Counted from the stretch's first letter, positions 9,487-38,184 are shown. The stretch is 64,000 nucleotides of DNA from Utricularia gibba (GCA_002189035.1 CM007990.1:744001-808000); one strand, 5' to 3'. A program made the numbers and translations. Notes: generated by a model not told the origin, from the letters alone.

Positions 9487-11597
9487 GCGCGAGCCATGGA
9501 GCCTCCCGTGTACTTGAAATTTGCTACAAGGGCATCACGCATTTGTCAGATCGGGGGGTGGTGGGTGGGTGGGTGGCCTGCTGCTGGCTGCTCCAAGCCT
9601 GCATCTGCATCTGCGTCTGCGTGGTTGGGTTGGGTTGGGTTCGCGATGTGTTGTTCCTTCAGAAAAAAAAGATGGCAGGAGCCACGTTGCTTCTGCGCTG
9701 GGTTGGTCATTAAAGCAAAAGGGGACCCCGCTGTGTTTATGCTCCAAGTGAATGCTCCCATCTCCATGCCAACAAACGTACTCTCCAGTCCGCCCCCCAC
9801 ATGCACCGATACCAGGAGCTCCCCCACAAGACGATAGTACGGCCATCTTCATGGATCCGGTCCCCTTCCTTGGATACATTGCTTCGGACGTGCACCAAAG
9901 AACAAATACTGCATTGTGTTGTTTACACCATTAGAACAAAGCGATACCACATGGGGCAATAAAATTATAAGCATATAAGATTTCAGATGATTAGTAATTC
10001 ATTGGATCTAATATTTTTTAATTTGATTGAACTTCATGAATACTCGTTCGATTCATTTGATCTTGAATTTTAAGATGCACCACTTCTATTGAATTGGTTA
10101 AACTCGAAACACTATATCGGAGAGACTCAATTAATTCTATCGTTTAACATAAAATATAATTTATAAATTTAAATTCGACAATATGAATGTCTTTGGTATG
10201 TTATTTAAAATTTTACGTATGTGATTTAAGATAAAATACAATTTATAGATTTTAAATCTGAAATATGTTTCATGGATGAATTTAAATATGTTAGTTAAAT
10301 ATTATATTAAGTTTAATATAAACAAATATTTATTTTTTTTTTCAATAAATACGTATATAAAATTTAAATTTATCTAAGATCAGTTTTAAATTAAACTATC
10401 CATTTAATTTAAATACAATACCTTTAAAACCAATCCAAAACTACCTATACAATTCATAGGTGGAAAAGCTCATTTGATTAGGTACAAAATCATTTTCAAA
10501 AAGGACTTTGATTATTCTTTTGCATTTAGGTTGTTGGATGACAAAAAGGTGATGGCATCTCAAGCACAAATGGATTCCTTAATAATTTGTCTCTATGGTC
10601 ACATTAGAAGATTTCACATTCTTACAAAAAGTTGGTTTCATTTGTAAGAGATTATGAGAGACAATCACTGGCCATTAACACAAAGAAATCCAAAAATCTT
10701 GGAACTTCATCTTTTTAAAAAAGTAAAAAGTATTTATGCATAGAATATACTTTAGAGCACTTAGGCAGAATAAATCCCTAAAGTTTTTAAAATTAACATG
10801 ATTAGTCCCTAATATATAATGAAAATGGCATACATAGTTTCCAAATTTTGATGTCCTGGATATATTTAATTTCCAATCTTTTTTACTTCAATTATTTTTG
10901 GTCTTCACTATTTAAATACCTTTTATAATTGATACTCAATATTTAAAAACCATATATATTTGATCCTCTTGTTTAATAATTTGGTAAATTTGACCTCATT
11001 TTCTCCCACCACCGCTAATTAATTTTAAAAGTAGGTTGAATTTATTTTCTCATTTAATCATTAATTTGATTTGGATCGGATTCAAAAAAATTTAATTATA
11101 TTTTAAAATATTTTAAAAAAATAAAAATAATGACTTACATGGATTGAACCCATGTTGGCATGTTCTACCTAATCATGCATTTCAATTGAACTGGATCCGA
11201 CCAACTTATAATTTCAAGACAATGATTAAGGTTTGGGTATCATGTAATGAAAAGCTAAACTCATTTTAATTTGGACATAGAGATTTTTTTTTATTAGTAA
11301 ATATATATTTATTTTTCAACGATAAAAAGAGTTATAAATATCTAAATTTGAATCGAAAATATAAATAAATTATTTACTCGTGTCAAATATATACTTTTTT
11401 TTTTTGAAAACCTAACATGTGGACATCCACTAAGCTTCCAGAATGACCTAAAAAGAGTATTACTTTTTTTCTGAAATGAGAATATATATTAATTTAATTA
11501 GTTGGCTTTTTTAATGATTAAAATAGAAAATCGGTTGGGGTCGACAATGGAAAGTGGGGTTCGCGGCAAAAGGGGGGATGGCCCAGTGTCGTGTCAT

Positions 11598-11827
11598 GGG
11601 TCCCACAAAATGAATGGAAGCCCCCCAGTTTTCGATCTCCCATTGGCTGGCTATTTCGAACTGTACGGCCTTCCCTTAAACAATGCCGATCTTGATTCCC
11701 ACTTGCCAGGTGTGTACGGTCCCCATTGGTTCTCCCCAAAAACGATTTCCTTTTGGGTGTTTTATTTTCATTGCTTTGACGACCATGTTTACGTGCTTGG
11801 GAAGGGGTTGAGTCACCAGGTGGGACC
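11598..11827. promoter_or_regulatory. Two class I TCP-type sites (GTGGGNCC) upstream of the SOC1-like gene
   Basis: GGGTCCCAC at 11598-11606 (reverse complement GTGGGACCC) and GTGGGACC at 11820-11827, in a GC-richer island 600-800 bp upstream of the MADS ATG. Confidence 0.4.
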
Positions 11828-12408
11828 GCCGGGTGCCACCACCGATGGCGCCCCGACAAGCGCTCAAGAGTCATTCGGGGTGTTCTTCAATGCTGACTGA
11901 TATTCTGGTTGTGTTTGAAGGTATAAGCATGTTGGGTTTGGGTTTATGAGGGAGATTGGGTTTGCTGCATGTGTTGAGGAGGAGGGGTGTGGTGTTTTGG
12001 TGTTGTGGCGTTTGGAGAAATCAGTCACTGTGGGCATCATCTGTAACAAGTCTTTCCAACTTTAGAGAAGGCTGTGTGTGTCCTTTGCTGGTTTCTTTCC
12101 CCGATGTCCCTATTCCATTTTCTCCATCCCCATCTCGATAAAGAAAGAGGAGCTCCCCTTTATTTCAATTCATGCCCCTTGCTCACCTCTCTCTTTGCCC
12201 AAAAGCTCCTCTGGGTTTTTGCCAAATATGCTTGCTCTATTTGCGGTTGCTTCTGTTGTTCTTTTTTAGTGCATAGCTTATTTGCACAGAAAGGGTAATT
12301 CAACAAACCATCTTTCCTCCCCCTCTGCGTTATACATCATATCAGAACCAGATCACACGCCTTATTCTCATCTCATCTCCTTTTTCTTTCCTCCGGGAAG
12401 CTGCAAGA

Positions 12409-14151
12409 ATGGCCAGGGGGAAGACGCTGCTTAGGCGCATAGAGAACGCTACTAGCAGACAAGTTACCTTCTCCAAGAGAAGAAATGGCCTCCTGAAGAA
12501 AGCCTTCGAGCTCTCGGTTCTCTGTGATGCAGAAGTTGCTCTCATGATCTTTTCTCCTCGCGGCAAGCTTTATGAATTCGCCAGCTCCAGGTAAGTTTTT
12601 AGCCAAGCTACAGCACCATTTCTTTGTCCCATATCCATCTCGCAGTTCGAAGAAAATGGGAATATTGGCATACAATAGCTTTTCTGCAGTTCGTGAATGT
12701 GCAAAATTTGTTGTTTTTCTGTATATTTGTTTGTGCATTATTTGCTTTTTAGGACAATATGACAAGAAAACAAAAAGTGATTAAATATTAAGGCTACTAT
12801 TTCCCCTTCATTTACCTTTGTATCTTTTGGCTTTCCATCAAATCACAATATTGAGCATAAGATCGATTTGCATTTGGTTCTGCCTTTTTAAACACTGATT
12901 AATGGTGATGAATTGGCTGAGCTAAGCAATTTAGGAGATAAATACTTATAACCAGTGACAGCAGTGAGAGTTTGTTTGATTTGGTTTTTTCTTTCTGTGT
13001 ATGATGAGTTCTCAGCATGCATGGGACCATAGAACGCTACAAGAAGCATGCAATGGAAATTGAAGCAAGCCATCCTCAGGAAATGAATGCACAGGTACTT
13101 TCTTGTATTGGGTTTCAGCCTCTCTGTGTGACATCTGGTAAAAGTTAAAGGGAATGCAGCAGCTGAAGGTTGAAGCAGAGAGGATGGTGAATCAGATAGA
13201 GCAACTTGAAGCATCAAAAAGGTTAGAGGCCGACTGAGAGATGTAAAAAAATAAATGTGCTGAACAATAGCGAATTTTATTGATGATTCCTCTGCAGGAA
13301 GCTGCAAGGAGAAAGTTTAACAGCATGCAGCATTGAGGAACTGCTGGAGTTGGAAAAGCAGCTGGAGAAAAGCATTCATCTCATTCGTGCAAGAAAGGTG
13401 CGCCCTTGCATTCAAAGAAGCTCTTAGCTTTGATGGCGACTAGTCTCCTCATTGCTTATCCTCGCAGGCGCAGCTGTACAAGGACCAGATGAAGCATCTG
13501 AAGGAGAAGGTGAGAGCCTCTGATAAGGTGGGTCCTTCCAAATAGGGCCCATACAAGACAAAAAAAAAAAGAAAAAGAAATTGACTTTTTCACATGACAA
13601 AGCACTAGCAGGAGGAAGTTCCTTCCTCGGTTCATCCTCCGGCTATAAATGGAGGGCTCACAGGAGCTCTCACATCATCCCATCTCAATACAAGAAATAA
13701 TAGTAGCAGAAAAAGTAGTAAGCTTTTACCAGGCTCTCTCGAGAGTGTACAAGAGGGTGTTGCATGGGAGTGGAAGTAGTAATGATATGGGATTAACTGT
13801 ATTTTATCTTTGAAGTACAATAGTATAGGCGCACACCATCCCTCTATTTACTGCATCTGGTGCCTGTTGTGCAGGGGAGAGTCCTGGCTGCTGAAAACTC
13901 CATGCTTTCTGAGAAGGTGAATACTTTAAGCATCATTTTTGTACTCGGGGAGTCCCCATCTGGCTAAATGGTTTGTGGCTGGTGGATAGCTGGGACTGGG
14001 GAGGTGGAAGCACAACGGAGTTCCGGAGCCGGCGACAGCTGCAGCGAAGGCGACGGAGGCGGCCAGTGAAATCGATGTGGAGACGGATTTGTACATCGGA
14101 CTGCCGGAGACGAGGAGCCGGCCGCCGCCGCCGCGGTTCTCCTACATTTAG
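12409..14151 (+). CDS. SOC1: MIKC MADS-box transcription factor, SOC1/TM3 clade
   Basis: Seven exons. MADS domain [60 protein letters not shown] (12409-12590). K-box [34 protein letters not shown]. Two 42-nt exons. Last exon carries the SOC1 motif [15 protein letters not shown]; TAG ends at 14151. Confidence 0.93.
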
Positions 14152-14189
14152 CATGACATCCGTACCGTTGTTGTCGCTGTATTTCCTTT

Positions 14190-14312
14190 TTGGGCCTTAT
14201 GCTGCTTTGGCCCAAAGGCGCTATGGGTGCAATTTGCCATATGTAGTACATTACCAGAATTTGGCAATGATTTGGGCCCTTATTGGGCTTTATTTGGGCC
14301 TAGGCCCGCATC
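14190..14312 (+). promoter_or_regulatory. Site II element cluster, probable promoter of the BEACH gene
   Basis: tgggcc (x3), ggccca, tgggct and ggcccg within about 120 bp, followed by a GC-richer leader (about 14450-14600) and a UTR intron ending near 15077. Confidence 0.5.
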
Positions 14313-15137
14313 AGAGTATCTATGATGTTATTATTAATTAATTAATCTTTTTTTTCTTTTTTTTTTTCTTCTGGCGAAGGTAACTGCCTAGGTACATACA
14401 TCCTTACTATTACTAGAAGAAGAATGGTGTTTGTTTAGGGAGCACGGATTTAATGACGGTTCCATCTCTACACTTTTCCTGGCGATCGGCATTTTCTCAT
14501 TTCCGGCAGAGGGTTGATCGTCGTAATCATGCTCATTCTGTTACCCTACAAGATTGATTCGGGATCAAACGGGTGATAGCTTCGATTCTTTAATTTGGAG
14601 GCGAGGCACGATTCTCAGATTCTGTTATTGCGTGATCATTGTGGCACAGTTGTAGTATTAGGCTATAAAGTTTGGGTTTTGATCTTCATAATGACAGAGG
14701 ATTGGTCTGCATTTTCATTGGGAACTTGTGGGAATCTACAATGCGCTGTATTGGGGTAGTATGCGCCTGTGACGAAGTCTTGCTACTTACTTTTTCTACT
14801 TTTTGGCTCTCTTTTTTAATTAGGTTTTGGTTTTTAATGGGAATCTGAGCAACAAGACGTTACTTTTCTCAAAGAGAAGCGAATATAGAATGGTGTTTTG
14901 CTGCATTTGGGCTTGGGTCATCAATTGTACCATCTTCGGATCTTGTTTTGGTACCAGTGGTTTCCTTAGCTTTCCCTTTCTTGCTCCGTCTTGTGTACGT
15001 ATTTAATGATGACAAGGTTATCTAAATGTACATTTTTTTGTGTTCTGATATGTTCCGTTTTATTATCATATTCCAGGTAGCATTACACAATTTAAGAATG
15101 AAATTCTGAATTAGTAGAAGGTTTCTCTCATCGTAGA

Positions 15138-31291
<16,154 letters not shown>

Positions 31292-31874
31292 AACGGATTT
31301 TCATTGAACAGGGCTCGCATATCCTATTGGCACTTCTCCGTTCATTACTCTATTCTTGAGATTTAGGCAACTGCCCTCCGCTTGATAGGTTGAACAATAC
31401 GACGTTTAAAGTGTGATTTTGTTCCCACGAAGAGAAACCGGTGCAGTGCTCTCAGATATGTCCATGGGTTGTTACATATCTTTTGTCTCCTCCAGCGATG
31501 ATATTTACTGAACTTACACATCTGTTAGCTTGTGTTTTTGGATGTCCCATTTTTGTTATCTCCATATATTTCTCTGTAGTTTCTTCTCAGAGTTGTAGAC
31601 TGTAAGTGGAAATTATATATCAAATTTCTTGATAAATTTGACTCTTTAGCATCATGACAGCAGAGGAATCTACCAAATTCTACTAAATTTTTTCAAGATG
31701 ATCCTTCTGCGTTTAGACCACGTATCTATCCATCTTAATATTGTTGCTTCCTGGTGTGGTAGTCTGCCTCCCATGATCAGGGTCTGCAATCCTGAAAAAC
31801 ATTGGCAACATTGTTTTCCCATAATAAGATGGCACAGGAACAGTCTCCACTATCGAATGCAGGAAGGTCGACTG

Positions 31875-32962
31875 TTAGAGAATGGTCTTCTTTTGTGAGT
31901 GAGAAATGACAAGTTTTCCTCTTACTCTTCCTGTTTCTAGATAACCAAAGGCCTCAACTGCTTCACTGAATGAATAAACACCAGCAGGATCTATTACAGC
32001 TCTCATTTTCCCTGTCTCCAAGTATGGCGAAAAGTCATCCAGAATCTCCCCTGAAACTGTCAAGCCTGAGTACACAGCTCTGGGATTTGTTGGTGGCCAT
32101 GTTATGTCGATCACTGGGGCGTAGTCCTTCGCTACGATGCACGAATTTCTCGAGTCACCTGCAAGAGATGATCCAGTTTTCATCTGTCACCATGAGCTTT
32201 GAGTTTAAAGGTTATGGAGAAGTCCGTTTAGGCTGTTACCAACTGTGTCATAGACAAGATCATATTTCTCTTCTACATCCTCATATCTTGTCTGTGTGTA
32301 ATCCAGAACCTTGTCTGCTCCCAAGCCCTTCACAAACTCAACTTTCTTCGTGCTCGACGTCGCAGCGACGATCGACGCATTGCTGAGCTTAGCTATCTGA
32401 ACAACAAGTGATCCAACTCCACCAGCTCCTCCAACAACAAAAACTGACTGCCCTTCAGAGAATCCGGCAACTTTGAACCCCTCCATAGCCGTCTGTAAGG
32501 CCAGTGGCAAGCTTGCAGCCTCCTCAAATGACAACCTTTTTGGCTTCTTCGCCACCAAACGCTCCTCCACTACAACGTACTCCGCTAGTGTCCCTAGTTG
32601 CTTCAACTTCCCTTGTGCAGTAAAATTTTGTATGTTCCCATAAACTTCATCTCCAACCTGAAATCTCTCCACAGCTTCTCCTTTTGCCACCACCACGCCA
32701 GCCATGTCACAACCTGGAACAACCTGAAAAAGCAATCAACCATGAAGCGTGATGACAGCCTATCCAAAACAGCTGCTGGTCCTACCGGCAAATCAATCAC
32801 AGTTGCTGGATTCTGACGCAGCTTGAAGTCAATAGGATTCAGAGCAGCAGCATGGACTCGAACCAGCAGCTGATCTGGCTGAGGAAGAGGAACTGGAATA
32901 TTGCATACCAGCTTGAGCACTTCTTTGGGGCCATGTTCTTCATATAACCAAGCTTTCTGCAT
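31875..32962 (-). CDS. Zn-independent MDR-family NADPH:quinone oxidoreductase / 2-methylene-furan-3-one reductase-like
   Basis: Three exons: MQKAWLYEEHGPKEVLKL...VHAAALNPIDFK, VVPGCDMAGVV, LGTLAEY, EAASLPLALQTA, the NADPH-binding loop VVGGAGGVGS, and YLETGRVRGKLVI. Confidence 0.92.
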
Positions 32963-33511
32963 CTTCTTGCTTCTCTTTACTCATCAGCTTGTGCCAATAA
33001 ATGCTTTGTTTATGCAGAGATGATTGATATTAAATGTAACCAGAGGAGACGAATAAACATTTTTCTTTGACGATAATAAGCACACCAATCATGTATGATG
33101 TGCTATCCCTTTGGCACACACAAAACAAAAATTTGTGATATTGTCCTTGACGTTGATAGCCACATCACATCAGTCATGCATGAATCTTCTCAGTGATGCA
33201 CAAGAGCCACCAACCACAAATTCTAGTGAATATTTTGTTTGCTTATGCATTTAAGGAAAAGCTTGTTGTTAGCCACACCCTAAAGAGACGTGGAAAGCAG
33301 GAACTAATCCATCATGATAACACATTCCAAAACGCTGGTACCTGAAAAGGTATAACAATCTGCCCTTCTTCATTCGGACAAGATATTAGGTAAACATTTA
33401 CCAGTTCTCATACTCTAATCCTTTATTTAGCATTCATTTGAGAAACAAACACCTAAGACCAACACTCGCCATAGAGAACTGTCCGCAACAACTAGGCATT
33501 TGGCAATTGCA

Positions 33512-34402
33512 TCACTTGAGTAAACTAATGCTTTCATCAGTGATGGTAGTGGACTCACTGGTACTACCACAAGAGTTTCTGCCATGAGAGCTTGATGGAG
33601 CAGAATTCAAGTTTATTCCAGTAGCCATGATGTCAAGACTAGCCGGAGAAATTATGGCAGACTCTTCAAGCACCAATCTGCTTCGTTTGCCCTGCCAACT
33701 CTTCCTATCTCTTCTATGGCATCGCCCCTGCCTTAAGCTCACAAGCATCCCTACATTTCAAATCAACGTATCAAGAAGTCTTACTCTAATATAGCCAAAA
33801 GTTTATAGCAAAATCAAAGGTAAATGCCTAAGAATCAAAATTTGAAGCCACAGATTTCACAAGAAACTCATGCAGTAGATTTGCTTGATGGCGGAGCTCC
33901 ATGTTTTAGAAAGAGCCTTGTGGTGAAATTGGCATACGCATCCCCAAAATGTGAATAATGAATTGGCAGCCTTTTCTATCCAGTATCCTCTATACTCCTC
34001 ACCTTCAACAGAGTATCCTATGTCCGATCCGCTATCCTTTAGGCTTGATGCAGTATACGGAACATGAACAATACTGTGAACCTTACTAGCAATTGAGGAA
34101 ACGTTAAGTTTCTCGCATCCGTGGCTTCCTGTGTCTGAATTTAAACACCCTTTTCTCTCATCAACTCCAGGACTTGAATCCCAGTTATCCAAAGATTTCA
34201 TACACTTCCCAATACCTCTATTGAACTTGTTATCGTATTTCAGAGAAGCTGCCTGTATAGGCTGTGATTCCACAAGCTTTCTTGAACCTCGGCACCCTCT
34301 GTGCATATGCTTCTCACAGTATTTCTGTAATGGAACAACATTTTTCCGGCACCTCCATTTTCTCCCATCCGTTCTTCTGCACCTTCCGGGTTCATCATCC
34401 AT
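33512..34402 (-). CDS. GRF9: GRF9-like WRC-domain protein lacking QLQ (about 212 aa, two coding exons 34402-34003 and 33750-33512)
   Basis: N-terminal WRC domain [36 protein letters not shown]. Strong donor GAAG|GTGAGG and acceptor TGTAG| join in phase to an exon with a degenerate WRC start ([15 protein letters not shown]). The GRF9 assignment rests on the double-WRC layout and recalled synteny. Confidence 0.75.
34268..34289 (-). promoter_or_regulatory. miR396 target site in the WRC-coding region
   Basis: The plus strand reads TTCCACAAGCTTTCTTGAACCT versus miR396 UUCCACAGCUUUCUUGAACUG: near-perfect with the single-nucleotide bulge characteristic of GRF targets (encodes RGSRKLVE). Confidence 0.9.
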
Positions 34403-34794
34403 GATACTCTGTTTATCTTAAAAACCTCTACGAAAACAAAAAGCAAAGGGTAACCATTTCGCATTCCACGGAAAAAGGCGAACAATCACATCCTTCAGAC
34501 AATTTATCGAACAGTATGCAAGCAGAAACACAACCGAAAAAAATCTGAAATCCAGCGCAAGAATCGAGTCCGGGAACTCGGAAAACTTATCAGATGGAAA
34601 AACCCACCGTTCAGAACTCAGCAACTGAATTCAGACACCCAAAAACTCGAATTACAGATGGGAAAACCTGTGCAATGCAACAGAAGATAATGGAGACGTA
34701 TATTTATCTAAACATAAACAATTGAAATATATCATAAAGTAAGCTACCCTTTTTATAACATTTTTGGTACCGCAGGGGTGGGAGTATCAACGGG

Positions 34795-37545
34795 ATGGCC
34801 GCCGTCGACGGCGACGAATCATCTAAGCCGAGTAAGCAGCGGCAGAAAAAGCAAGAAAATGGTGTTAAGTTGCACCACCGTTCGATCTTCGATGTTCGGC
34901 AGGAATTCTTTGCCTCTTGCCGCGTCGTGCCCTCGCCTGTTCTTGCACTCTCCGATCAAGACATCGCTTCAGATGGAGCTATCGAGGAACTGGAATCGCG
35001 GAAGGAGGTCTTGGAACCGCCTACTTACGATGGAGATGTGAAGGCTATGCAGAGGTGGGCCTGCAACACTTGCAAGGCGGAATTCGAGTCCCTACAGGAA
35101 CAACGCCTTCACTTCAAATCAGACCTCCACCGTTTCAACGTGCGTTGTTCTATTTCATGCTTTATATTGCGTCAGCCAAAAACAGTTCTTGTTTGTTGGA
35201 ATATGAATCCGTGATTGCATCATTTGCAAGATGGAAGGTCTGTTTCTCAAACTTTGTATTGCTGGATTGTTCTGGTCTCAGATAAAGCTTCGAATTGCTG
35301 GGAAAAGCATCATTAAGGAGGAAGACTTCGATGAATCAATTTCTGATTCATTGTGTAAAGATTATGATGTCTCTAGTATCTCTGGATCAGAAGATGAAGA
35401 AGAAAGAGAGGCTCGGTTTCCTGGTAACAAGAATAAAATATACATACAATTACAAGAGGGGGAAATAGTTTCTGTATGGCGATGCTTACTGCTGAATGAA
35501 TCCGAGACTGTTCAGTTTGGAGATAAATGTTCAGCAGCCTTAGATGGATCTGAGGTATTAATTTTGACTCCAAGGCAAGTTTTAGAAAAGCTGAGCTATG
35601 TAGTCAGTGAACCTCGTGACAGAACCTGCTTGAGAATTGTTTTACTTGCTAAAGGTGGTCATTTTGCTGGTTGTGTCTTTGATGGTGATACCCTGGTGAC
35701 CCACAAAACATTTCACAGGTCAGTTTCTTGTTCTAAGGTGTAATTAAGTCTAGAGTTGATGGTAGATGGAGGTGTGGGGATTTTTTCATACATTTGCTTC
35801 AAGCCCTCTTAATGCATGCAGGATGCCTTATCTTTCTTTTTTAGTTTCTAGGCATGCCAGGGCGTGAATTGGGCTAAGTAGAACCCTAAATGCTTCTTTG
35901 CAGATATGTTGTAAGAGCCAAAGCTGGTAAAAAGCAGTCATCAAAAGATGCAGGTGGACGTGCTATCCATTCTGCTGGGGCTTCACTTCGTCGCTACAAT
36001 GAACTTTCTCTTAAGAAGGTAAGATTTGTCAGCTAATCTAGAAGGAAGTTTGTTTTGCTTCTGCAACCTAGAAAGCTTTTTCGATAAAATTTAGATCAGC
36101 ATCCTTGATGGTCAAGTTTTATTTTTTCATTTTCATTGGATGGTTCAAAGATCTTAACTGATTCAAGTTTCATTAATAAACAGGAAATTCGAGAACTTCT
36201 TGCATCATGGGCGCCTTATTTTGCTGTTGCCTCCTGTGTTTTTTTACATTCTCCTTCTACCAATCGTCAGCTCCTTTTTGATGGTGAAAAGCCGTATTTT
36301 GATTGTCACCATCATGCAATTAGACCCATACCGTTACCTGTCAGGAGACCAACCCTTAAAGAAGCTAAAAGGTTATATAACCTGCTAGTGCAAATTTCCC
36401 CTGAGGTGATTGCGAAAATGGAATCTGAGAAATCTACAAAACAAGAGGAACTACCCAGAGAAACAGAGTTGTCTCAACACTTGGAAGCTCCAAAAGTTAC
36501 AGATGTTTCTTCTATCTCAACTGATATAAATGGGCTATCCTTGTCCGTTGTGACGGATGAGCTTGAGACCGTTTGCATGTCAACTCAGTTACATGAAGCT
36601 GCAAAATCTGGGAATGCACAAAAAGTTTTAGAGCTCCTGGAGCAGGGTCTGGATCCTTGTATAAAAGATGAGAGGGGCCAGACACCATACATGCTTGCCA
36701 GTGAGAAGGAAGTGAGGAACACCTTTAGGCGCTTTATGGCGTCAAACCTTGAGAAATGGGACTGGCATGCCGCTAAGGTGCCCAGTGCATTGACAAAGGA
36801 GATGGAGGAATCTCAAGCTGTCAAACAGGTGATGTGTTTTTCCTTGATTATTTTTATAAATATTTGCCCTGTGGTATCGAAAGAACAGGCATTTCGAATT
36901 CATTATAGCAGGCATGTATCTTCTTTTGTCATGGTTATTCTTATTTCATCCCGTTAACACCAGGCGGAGAAAGATGCCAAGAGGAAAGCTAAAGCCAAAG
37001 AGTTGAAGAAATTAAAGAAAGCAAAGGAGAAATCCCAGGTTCAAATCATTCTTGCCCTTGAAAATCACTCACCGGGTCTCTCTTTTAATCTTTGATGTTA
37101 ATCAGCGTGCTGAGGCTGCTTCCAAAAGTGACAATCACGATGGTCATGTTTCTTCCTTCAAGGGGAGTTCCCAAACTAGCAGTTCCTCTACAACATCCAA
37201 AGAGGTAAAGTTGCAAAACCTCCCACATCTTTCTACCTCAAAGTGTCTGCAACATTTTCCATGTGCCTCTCCGCTGAAATGGTTCAGGTAGAACCCAAAC
37301 GCAGTCAAGACGCCGAGCGGGAGAAAAGGGCCGCTGCTGCAGAGAGAAGAATAGCAGAAGCTGCAGCAGCTCTCAAGACTCAACCAGTTAAACTCCCCGG
37401 CTCTTTGGAGGCTAGTGACATGACCATCTGCTCACTTTGCAGTGCCTCTTTGGCAGGTAAAGTACCCTTTCATCGGTACAGCTACAAGTACTGTAGCCCC
37501 TCATGCATGCACTCTCACAGAGAGATCCTAGAACAAGATCCCTGA
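34795..37545 (+). CDS. ANKZF1: ANKZF1/Vms1 homologue (C2H2 zinc finger, VLRF1 release-factor-like domain, ankyrin repeats, C-terminal CxxC...C..CxxC)
   Basis: [28 protein letters not shown]; [11 protein letters not shown]...[21 protein letters not shown]...[11 protein letters not shown]; LHEAAKSG...[19 protein letters not shown]; [27 protein letters not shown]. About eight exons. Confidence 0.92.
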
Positions 37546-38184
37546 ACTCGTCCCCTATGTTTATTTTCCTTCACTGAGATGGCTTAAGCAGTAAGAACCT
37601 CTAGCCCCGATTAAGTCACTTTCTCAGTTTTGTAATTCTTATATTTGAATTTGAACAAATAAAGAAAATCCATGTTTAAATTCAGTTACATCTCTTCTTG
37701 TACAAGGCCGCATGAACAGCAAAGGTGCTGTTTAGACACATCATCTTACTGTTTACATCTGACAACATTAAAGTCTGGTCTGCTGACCGCAACTACTTAT
37801 TGCTTTTAAAAGTTGAAATGGCGTGTTTTGTGATCAGAGGGAGATGGATCATAAATTTGGTACCGAAAACAACAAAATGGTCCACGATTCAATGGCAGAA
37901 AAACATGAGTACTATCCACATTCAATGTGTTTAGAGGAAAAGAGAGTAAGAAAACATAAATGAAAAGAATGAGTGTGGGTGTGGATGTGCAGGCGGACAC
38001 AGTCAGACTACTGTTGTTGTATCAGAAAACACAGTTGCAGATTGAGAGCAGCCATTGAGCACAAACACCAACACATAACGAAGCCTAGGAGTAGCAGCAG
38101 CACCCCCACCCCAACACACACATACTAAATCTGAAATTCAATCCCACCCTTCTGCAACTTGAGTGTACTTTGCACACAAGTGTA

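Noticed and set aside
9337-9879. ORFs 9337-9837 (+, 166 aa) and 9535-9879 (-) as proteins or a TCP remnant
   Set aside because: Non-ATG or context-poor starts and low-complexity translations. The RASRICQI resemblance to the TCP domain is too short to mean anything.
9960-11500. AT-rich spacer with TAGTCCCT-like motifs as a MITE
   Set aside because: I could not identify terminal inverted repeats or a target-site duplication by eye; the same holds for 57300-58500 and 60600-62250.
34405-34490. FAFFRGMRNGYPLLF frame as a hidden QLQ domain
   Set aside because: Only a loose F..M..G.P pattern; it is bounded by an upstream TGA, is out of frame with the WRC, lacks the QLQ core and lies in polypyrimidine intron-like sequence.
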